DNA from: the human T2T-CHM13v2.0 reference genome, Homo sapiens
DNA: 64,000 bases
NCBI RefSeq assembly: GCF_009914755.1
Contig: NC_060926.1
Reading direction: 5' to 3' (one strand)
In this document: positions 53,962-64,000 of the stretch, piece after piece
How positions within the stretch are numbered: position 1 is the stretch's first letter
How the letters are laid out: each line of letters begins with the position of its first letter
Made by a program: the position numbers and the translations under genes
Notes under the pieces: generated by a model
Database searches by the model: none
Told to the model about the DNA's origin: nothing
The model's input: the letters and a program-made list of their open reading frames with translations, nothing else

Positions 53962-54990
53962 TGCATAAATAGTTGAGTATAAAATTTAAGTATAATGGGA
54001 AAGAGATAAATGTAAGTAGTCATTTGCAATTACGGTAATTCAAGGGAATTTAAAGTTGAATTGGTAGAAACTTAATTGAAGGGGGTTTCTTATATTAGGG
54101 AATAGTTGATTTAGAGTGTCATGCACTAGGGTAGTGCTTTCAAAGGGTTATATTCAAGGCATTATACTAGTATTAGGGTGAAAATCTAGTTACTGTATTT
54201 ATTAGATATGGAGGCTTATTTGGTAGATATCTTGAGATTTTTGGGAAAATTTTATATCAATCAAGGGGTAGTTGTTGGGATATTCATGATTAAAATATAA
54301 CTTTTTTGGGCTCTGACTGGGTTGCATTTTAGTCTCTTGGGGTTTTCACAAGTGCACATTTACCTATGTCCATGATAAAGTCAGAGATGTTGGGGGGGGT
54401 TGTGAGTTAAATCATAAATAGTTCTTGAAAATAAGGGTAGGTGATTGTGCATATGTGTCTATTGATTATTATGTCCTTCAAGCATGAATTAACATCTTAT
54501 GGTTGTTATGCAAGGTTAGAATATTCAATATAAGCTCAGCTTCTACAATTGATTTGGCAGAAATCCAATCCGAGTTCGTCTACAGCTGATTCAGAGGGGA
54601 CCAGGCCTTCTGCAATGGTGAGTGATAGCATTCCTAAAAGTTAAAAATACCAAATTCATGATCATGCTCCCATGACTGGTTAATAGAGTGATAGTCTCTA
54701 GTCCATTGATATGCCTTATTTAAAGGGAAAGTGTGGGTGATCTTAACTGTATGGCCTTGAGGTAAGAACCAGATGCCAGGTATAGTTTCAGTATAGTAAC
54801 CCCCAAGTGTTATGAGCCTGGAGCGAGGAAGGTAGTACTCCCAAGTGGGATGATAATTTCTCGAAGGTTGATAGATTAAGAGAACAAAAATTGGTGGGGG
54901 ATATCCATGTTGGCAGGGATTTTTTTGACTGAATGTACTATGTATGGTGAATGATGTTATGTACTATGTAATATCAAGGATCTTTAGTAT
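53962..54990 (-). other. mt control region (D-loop) copy: central domain, CSB1-3 and part of HVS1
   Basis: CSB1-like TTAATTCATGCTTGAAGGACATAATAA (54466-54492); C-run CSB2 (about 54391-54401); CSB3-like (54332-54350); central domain GGCATCTGGTTCTTAC; TACATAGTACAT motifs at 54935-54971. Confidence 0.9.
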
Positions 54991-55299
54991 TGACTAAAAG
55001 AACGAGAAAAGAAGTAGGCAGCCATTCTTCTACCGAATAGTCAGTGCTTCTAGATGGGAGCAGAGCACTGCCCCGAGCCAAGCTTCACAGTCCTTCAGAA
55101 AAGGGTACGTCTGGAAAATATAGCAGACATCTGGGACAGTTTTCAAGAAAGGGAAGGGCTGCTGAAGCACTGAGAAGCCTGGTGCTGTCCTGTTGTATAT
55201 GCTGAAGGTTATGCCACAACATTGGGCCAGATTCAGGGGTGGCAGGCAGGTATGGATTACAGGAGCCCTGAGATTTTTATGTAGTTCTTTGTTTCATTA

Positions 55300-56560
55300 T
55301 CTAAAGAAATACATTGAAATAAGAGAGAATAATCATAATGGATTCTAGCACAGACCCAGTAGCATATGTGAAGGCGAAAAGGATCAGGAGTTATAAACCT
55401 AGAAAGTGTAATAAAAAGGCATCAAATTGACAGAAAATGAGAACAAAGAAAACATTGCACATCCTATCTGCTAAACAGCTCTAGAACTACAGCATTTTCT
55501 AATTCAGCATTAGTAAACAGAAAAAATGAAGAGCCCCATGGACTGTTTTTTTTTTTTTTAAATTACATAAAACAAAGAAATGAGAACACCATTCTGTAGA
55601 CTTACAGGAATGTTGCCAAAAGATAACTTTTGAAAACTGGTTGGTATTATGAATAGGAAAAAGGAAACAAATAGTAGAAACCTCAGCAGAAAACTCTGAG
55701 AAGAAAATACACACCACAGGAGAATAAACAACTGAGTTTTAAAAAAGTTTTAAAGCTGAGTAAGATAAGGAAGGACTCTATATGCACTGAATTAAAATTC
55801 ATCCCTGAGGTGCTTGCACGTGTGCACACACATGCTCACATATGCATACACAAGAAAGAAATTGAGTATACAGGGGAAAAAGTAAGTCAGTAATGCATGC
55901 CAGAACCTTGAAAATTTATTCAAGAATAAATGGGAGTGGTGAGGAAAAAAATTAAGATGATATAGGTTATAAAGGAAAAAAAATGACCTAACCTAAGAAT
56001 TGTAGGTGTTTGTGTATATTTAAGGAAAATTTGGACAGAAGTAATGAAGAGAATCTTAAGGAAAATAGATCTCAGCTGAAAGTATATTCTGGTGGGTAGA
56101 CAAAATTAATAAAAAAAGATTTGTGCATTTTTGTCAAAATATTTTAATTATAACTAGTTGTTTTGTTTTAAGCCTGAGGAAAAATGATACAAAAAAATAA
56201 AGATACACTTGGCCTCAGACTTATCCCTGACAACATTGAATGTCTGAAAGCAGTGGGCCAAGTTCAACCTAATTTTGGAGGAAAAAGTTATAGCTTTAGA
56301 AATGTGCATCCAACTGAGCTGACATTTCTATTTGAAGGCCTTAGAGAAATATTTGTATATATGTGAAAACTTAGCAAATATACTGCAGGTAAAGTCTTTT
56401 GATAAGTACTCTTTATGAAATCTACTCATAAAATAAGAATTTAGTCAAAATAAAAAAAATCAAGAATGGAGAAATCATGCAGTAAAGAGCTATAAGTTGT
56501 AAAAAATAAATACTAAATGTAAAAATAATTTAAAATTTTCCCAAATAAGGAAAAGAAGAT
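55300..56560 (+). mobile_element. Very old L1/HAL1-like ORF1-region fragments
   Basis: A-rich text with ORF1 3'-end-like motifs ttggcctcagactt...caacattgaatgtc..aagcagtgg and catccaactgagctgacattt; boundaries uncertain. Confidence 0.4.
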
Positions 56561-57306
56561 AAAGAATAGAAAAATAATACTTCGATTGAAATAGTTTAAA
56601 AATAAAAATACAAACTATATCAACAAAGGCCATGGAGGTGAGTTAAATTAGGGAATTTAAGAATGTTAAAGTTCTCATTTTAAGGGGTGGAAATACTTAT
56701 TTTTAAATTCTGGATCCTGTTACTAGAATACTTTTTAAGTTGAAAGTACTTACCAGCAGAAAAAATAACTTTCAAATCAAAAGAGAAAAATAAAACCAAA
56801 CAATATAGCATCTATATAGTATAAACAAACAAACTGAATAAAAATAATAAATGCACAAGGAAGATATAAAACCAAATATTTTAATATTATATTTTAAAAG
56901 CAGGATAGAAAAATTAAAGCATGACCCTAAAACAAAGAAAGAAAATACTCTGAAGTGATAACTCTCTCTCTAGTTTTCTAATATAGTGGTAATTTTTCTC
57001 TCTTCTTTATGTATATTTTCTAAGTTTTCAAAAATGACAATTTTTACAATAAAAATACAGGTTATGATAAAATAATGTAACAGTAACATTGGCTTCCTGT
57101 AATGTCACTTTGGATTAAAAAAAAGAGATGCAAATTAGGGAAGATATGATGATCTTATAATAAGGAATACAAAATTAGGTATTAGCTACCATTATGTATA
57201 AGGGTAATGTTTTCTGAACTTCAAAGCCACAGAACATAAACATTAAATCCTAGGAAAGAAATGCTATCTTCACAATTAATGGCATATCAAAGTCAGTGTG
57301 TGAGAA

Positions 57307-57351
<45 letters not shown>

Positions 57352-57583
57352 TTGTGTGTTTAAATAAATTTCCACAGCCATAACTGACAATTGTAGATTG
57401 TAACATTTACATATATGTGAAAGCTCAGCAAACACACTGCAGATATAGGCTTTTGATAAGTACTTTTAGTGAAATCTATTCATAAAATAATTTACTCAAA
57501 GTAAAAAAAAATAAGAATGGATAAATCGTACAGTAAAAAGAGCAATAAGTTGTAAAAAGAGAAAAACTAAAGGTAAAAGTTAT
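56351..57583. repeat. Diverged direct repeat, about 180 bp x 2 (56351-56530 and 57405-57583)
   Basis: Shared atatatgtgaaa, cttttgataagtact, tgaaatcta.tcataaaataa, aagaatgga.aaatc, ataagttgtaaaaa. Confidence 0.9.
57312..57349. repeat. (GT)n microsatellite
   Basis: Perfect GT run. Confidence 0.95.
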
Positions 57584-57665
57584 TCTAGGTATAAATCTCA
57601 CTGTCCAGTTATTTCTTACCTAAATTTTACATTATCTGTTCAGACATGTTAAGTCAATCTAAACT

Positions 57666-58226
57666 TATATTCCATATATATATAATTCCATATATAAATA
57701 TATATATATTCCATATATAAAAATATATATATTCCATATATAAAAATATATATATTCCACATATATAAATATGTATATATTCCATATATAAAAATATATA
57801 TTCCATATATAAAAATATATATTCCATATATAAATATATATATTCCATATATAAATATATTCCATATATATAAATATATATATTCCATATATAAATATAT
57901 ATATTCCATATATATAAATATATATATTCCATATATATAAATATATATATTCCATATATAAATATATATATTCCATATATATAAATATATATATAAATAT
58001 ATATATTCCATATATATAAATATATATATAAATATATATATTCCATATATATAAATATATATATATTCCATATATATAAATATATATATATTCCATATAT
58101 ATAAATATATATATATTCCATATATATAAATATATATATATTCCATATATATAAATATATATATATTCCATATATATAAATATATATATATTCCATATAT
58201 ATAAATATATATATATTCCATATATA
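57666..58226. repeat. AT-rich minisatellite, unit about TTCCATATATATAAATATATATATA (25 bp), about 24 copies
   Basis: TTCCA recurs every 16-35 bp, with an exact 25-bp period from 58041 to 58216. Confidence 0.97.
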
Positions 58227-59981
58227 ATATATGTATTATGTATCTCCATAGAAAACTTTATTATTCAAACTCCTAAAGGTATTCTTTAGTATATTTCACA
58301 GTTTATTCTGTGTGTGAAAGAAGTATTTTCTCACTTACAAATGACTAGATTCCTGATCCAAGTAAGATGTGTATGGTTTCACTATCAAAGGCTAGAAGAG
58401 TCATATCATTGGCTCTCCAGGCCACTACTGCATAAGCAAGCTGGAAATCAAATTGAACCAGGAGGCGCATAATTTATGTATTAAAACTGCAGAAGAAACC
58501 ACAGCTGAAAAATTATCTTGGAGTGAACAAATGACTGAAGTATCAGAATTGCATTGCTTTAGTTCAACAATATCTTACAAACCCCATTCTAAAGGGACAG
58601 ATTATCCATCAGAGAAAATGAATACATTCTAAGCATAGAATTTATCAAATAGTCCATCTTTAGTACCAATTTTTCTTTTGATTCTTGATCACTTTGAGTA
58701 CAAAAAAAGATGGGATTCACTAGAAACTATTTTTCAGAATAAATTGCAGCCACATAAGTATAATGTCTGCTAGAGAAAAGCCAAACCAAAAAATCCATTT
58801 CATCTATTTTTCTTTCTATACACTAGATACTTGCATAGCACTGTATGAAGAAAACATTGTTGGGCCTTTGGATATGATAACATCAGAAACAAAATGTCTT
58901 TCTGAATAAAACTGCTTCCCTATATTTTTTAATTGTCTTTGTCTTTTTCGGGACTTATCTTTCTAGATGTGTTAAGCTAGCAATAGATGTGGTAGCAGAA
59001 TTGAAAAATAAACCATTTTTTGGCTCTTTTTCCTCAGATTCAAAATACATGGGGGAAATTTTTGTGCCAGATCGCCCTAAAAACTTCATAAGGAGTGCTT
59101 GAGTCTCTCCCTTTCTTGCAAGTTGCAATTAAAGCGTCATATTTAACTAATGATTAATAACTCTTAGTATACATTAAATTTTAGTGTATCTAGTATTGAG
59201 AAAAGTCATCGTTAAAGAAACTGATGAAAACTGGAATGGAGTGTAAGATAAAACTGCTTTTAAAAAGTAGTTAGCTATATTTTGCTTAGCTCACAGAATT
59301 CTTATTCTCTTATATTTTAATCTTTTAAATCAAACTACATGAAGTTTAATCTGTATACAATATTAGTATTCTCAGAGGAATAAGATTTTGTATCCAAAGG
59401 ATGTGTTTGAAGATATAGCAATGAGGGAGAATAAAGAAAAATCAGCAATATTTTTTCAATTTCTTTCATCACATATACTAGTTTTCTGAGATTTGGAAAT
59501 TGTAGGCATTTTGTATATTGCAGTACATTTATAATAGCCATAACATGTATTTAGGATTGAACTTTCTTCATACCTCAGCCATCATAAAAATGGAAAGTAA
59601 CATTCTTAGAAGAAAAGCGCAGGCTTGAAATTCAAAAACTAACAAAATAAGCAAATGATAAAACACAAAACAAAATAAAACCAATCACTGATACTGAAAT
59701 GGACACAGATAAAACACATTTACATAAACAAATGACTTATTTTATACAAAATTGTAAAAGTTTCCAAATGAAACTTTTCCCCTTAGTCATAGCTTTTGAC
59801 TGTTTACTACATAGGCACTACATGAATACCAAACTTCTATAACTCATTCATCGTCGACACTAAAGAATTAAAATCAAAACTTGGGGATACCATGATTTTT
59901 TTGAGCAGGGGCCTTTGTGGTGGTGGTTGTTGTTCCAGCTGAGAGTAATCTAATAACAGGGGACAGAATGTGCCTCTAGAT

Positions 59982-60178
59982 CAGTAGTTCTGATCAGGGA
60001 CAATTTTGTTCCCCAGAAGACATTTGGCAATGTTTATAGACATTTGTTTGTGTCAACTTTAGGTAGTAGTACTGGCGTTACTGAAATGGATAGAAGGAAA
60101 TGATGGTTCTAAATATCCTTCCCCATAAAGGAAAACAAATAATTACTTGATAAAATGCCAAAAAGTTGAAACTCATTG
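59982..60178. mobile_element. MER20-like hAT non-autonomous element
   Basis: cagtagttct...gacaattttgttcccca.aagacatttggcaatgt; perfect 8-bp TSD ctctagat at 59974-59981 and 60179-60186. Confidence 0.85.
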
Positions 60179-61179
60179 CTCTAGATAAGAAGGCATTTGG
60201 GTAGAGAAGCAAGTTCATCAAGAAACATTAATATTTATAAAATATCTCCCATCAAAGCTTGAAGCAATAGTTTAGAAAGCATTTTTTGATGGCATTTATA
60301 AAGAATTGTGACTTTGAAAGAGAATTATAAACTTGAATTTCCAGCATTTATAAAAATTTTTGCAATAGAAAATAGGAATAGAACACAATAGAGCTATGGA
60401 AACAGATTAAATTAACTTTAAGTAGTTGAAAATATATATTTATCATCTAAAGTAGCTGCAGGGCCCCAGGGTTAAAAAAAACACATTCTAAGCTTTGTTG
60501 ACTATTGTTTTCACTAGGGCCCTAGTGAGAGTAGGTCATCAATGTCAGGTCCCAACTGGCAGTAGGTTGCATATCATATATTATTTGCTAGATATTTATA
60601 CTAATGTTAACTGTATTAATATCACACCACTCTGTGGGTTCTTTGAAATATTTTCAGTTGCATTTACACAGCTCTGACATCAGAAGGCCCCTTCAAATAA
60701 TATAACTCAATGTTAAGTAAATCAGACGCACCTATATTTTCCATCTCTAGTCTGATGCTAAAAGTAGGTATAGCAAATAACCATTCTAACAAAATAATGT
60801 GGAAATAGCGTCTAATGGAAATCTGATTTTCCATAAAGTACAGTTTTGGGGAATAGAAAGGGACAGGAAGAGCTTTGGCTTGTTTAGCATGGTTGTCATG
60901 CTACTGTGTATAGAACCTTTCTTTCTATTGCAATATGGAGTCTCTGACAGGCACAGGAAGGCAGGGAAAAGGATAAAGTAAGGGGAGTGTTTCTACTCCA
61001 TGAAGACAGAAAATGCCTTCTCTACTGTGCATTGAAAGATGATACAATGAAATCAGTTTTCCCCTGGAGTGTATTATGTTCTAAGGATATAAAAATGCCG
61101 TGTTTACTAAAACAGTTCTCTCAGAATATTTAAGCTACATAAAGGAATTTTCTTATTTTTAAAAACTACCCAACACAAG

Positions 61180-62941
61180 CTCTTAAATATGTAGAATTTC
61201 ATTTAAATAAGTCAGTCAACAATTTTTTATAAAGTATTTAACACTTCATTGTAGAAACATAGGCAAAATGACTATATTATAACCAAAATGAAAAATACTG
61301 TTCAATTTAAAAAATGTACTTAAACAAGAACCTGAAAAAGTTTATGATATGCATAACATTGTTCAAGCAAAATTGCACTAGTATTACATAAATCAATAGT
61401 TTATAAAGGCCTCAATATGGCAAAGTTTAGAAATAGGTAGTATGCATGCACATAGTACAACAAAAAGTCTTCTTATAAAACAGCAGTTTTTTTAATGCTT
61501 GTACAAAGGGATAAAGAGCAACCACATATTTAACATATTTCATCTGTTAGGTTAATACATTATGACAGCTAAAAGTCAGTCATGTCTATCAGAGGAACAA
61601 AAAGCCCTCCAAAACTTGTGAATAAATCTTTTGTGCCTTTAAAGATATTTGTATAAAAATGCTATCCTTTTATTTTTATATACAACTTAAATAAATCGCA
61701 CTCGTTTCAACTCAAATTTGAAGATAAACAAACCAAACGTGAATGGGGTCCATGCGTTCTGTAAAACCCAGAGAAACCTGAATACCAGAGCAACTGGCAC
61801 AGCATTTCGACTCTCCACTTTTGATTATGGGAAGATCATTGTTCTACAACTTGGAAGGCCCTTGAATATATTTTGGATAGGGCAAATAATGGGTTGCTCA
61901 TATTAAATCTTGAAAATATTTGCCAATCACTCTGTATACTAAAATGTCTGCTTTGCCCTTTGTTTTTGACCTAGCAAAGAGGATGCGTTCACGTAATTGA
62001 AATTCTGTCACCAATTTGTGTGCTTATATGTTATTCTTTAGTGTTCAGTGTAGTGTAAGGGGTTGGGTTAATCTTCCACAAAATGGATGTGACTGGGAAG
62101 AAATACCTAAGATGCAAGTACCCAATGCCCTGTTGTGCTCTAGGCTGGCTATTTATCTCGAGACTGAGGGAGAATAAAAGGTCTTATTCCATAGCAAGTG
62201 CAGTCGGCCAACTTTCGGTTATATTTTTGCTATGTTCTACCACCTAAATATAACTATTGCTTACAAGGTGTATACATTTAGTACATCACATAGAGTCCAC
62301 TAAGTTTTGGAAAATGTAGTCATCTGTGTTCATGCAAATTATTAATTTTACATATTTTTAATTTTTTTCCTCAAAATTCTCATCTATTGGTTGGCAATCT
62401 AAGGCTAATTTCAAAGCAGGTGATGCTGAACTTGTGAGAGCTATATATTTTCAGCAGAGTCTGAATCGATCTTTATGGGCACAAAGAAGAGAGTTGACCA
62501 TTCAATCATTTTTCCATCAATTTAAACAGAAAAATAAAATGACACTGTATTACAGCCTTCAAACCGTATAATGGAAAAGTGCAGAGATTCTCCTCGTTGA
62601 TTAAGTACAACCAAAAAAGTTCATATAAAATAGATTGCTCATATTCACACTACAAAGGAATACGTTGTTTTTAATTTTAACAAATTCAAAGGTGTGTCAT
62701 ATCAGCAGCATTGTTGTAAATTGTACTGTAGTGCAGTTCTTTTTCATAAAAATACCATACAAATGGTCAATCAATAGTCATCAGCAAAAAATAAAACCCA
62801 AAAAACTCAGAAAACAATTAACCAGGAAAAAGATAAAGAAAGAGGTAATGCTGATGCCAAAACAAGTATAATACTGTTGGAACATACAAAAGTAATCCTT
62901 ATATTTTATACATTTATACAGCATATAAAAGATATCACTGA
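61180..62941 (-). other. LRP1B: LRP1B 3'UTR (distal end approximate)
   Basis: Repeat-free U-rich sequence after the TAA; canonical AATAAA at 61669-61674 and variant AATGAA at 61198-61203 on minus. The cleavage site cannot be fixed from sequence alone. Confidence 0.6.

Positions 62942-64000
<1,059 letters not shown>

Larger units (their letters stand above)
46732..54990 (-). other. NUMT: nuclear copy of mtDNA from the control region to 5' COX1 (about 6.5 kb mt-derived, interrupted at 47691-49393)
   Basis: Exact vertebrate mt gene order CR-F-12S-V-16S-L-ND1-I-Q-M-ND2-W-A-N-OL-C-Y-COX1; clearly diverged from human mtDNA, with indels and CpG decay; right boundary uncertain by about 15 bp. Confidence 0.98.

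Noticed and set aside
46732-54990. True mtDNA contamination or misassembly
   Set aside because: Heavily diverged from extant human mtDNA, with frameshifts, CpG decay and an internal nuclear insertion.
57649-58249. Three 180-194 aa ORFs rich in Y/I
   Set aside because: Translations of the AT-rich VNTR; no coding signal.

Overview
Primate (human-like) nuclear DNA: AT-rich, repeat-rich and almost entirely intergenic. The only real coding sequence is the last coding exon of LRP1B (minus strand, 62942-63082, NPVY/YAKL tail), followed by its 3'UTR; this places the window just downstream of LRP1B (human 2q22, by recognition of the peptide). The main feature is an old NUMT (nuclear copy of mitochondrial DNA) at about 46732-54990 on the minus strand. 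It holds about 6.5 kb of mtDNA in native gene order: control region, F, 12S, V, 16S, L, ND1, I, Q, M, ND2, W, A, N, OL, C, Y and 5' COX1. Its ND2 is split by a 1.7-kb composite nuclear block (Tigger3 + old L1 + L1PA) with no target-site duplication (TSD). Its COX1 fragment has lost its mitochondrial TGA codons and forms a 120-codon chimeric ORF open in the standard code, within a locally CpG-preserved zone. The rest is interspersed repeats: a near full-length HSMAR2 with a fold-back end, Charlie3 with a complex internal duplication, MER41B with two GAS motifs, MaLR LTRs, Alus, L1, L2, MIR, MER2 and MER20, plus microsatellites and an AT-rich VNTR. Repeat subfamily names come from recalled consensus sequences, not from a search, and all functional ideas are hypotheses.
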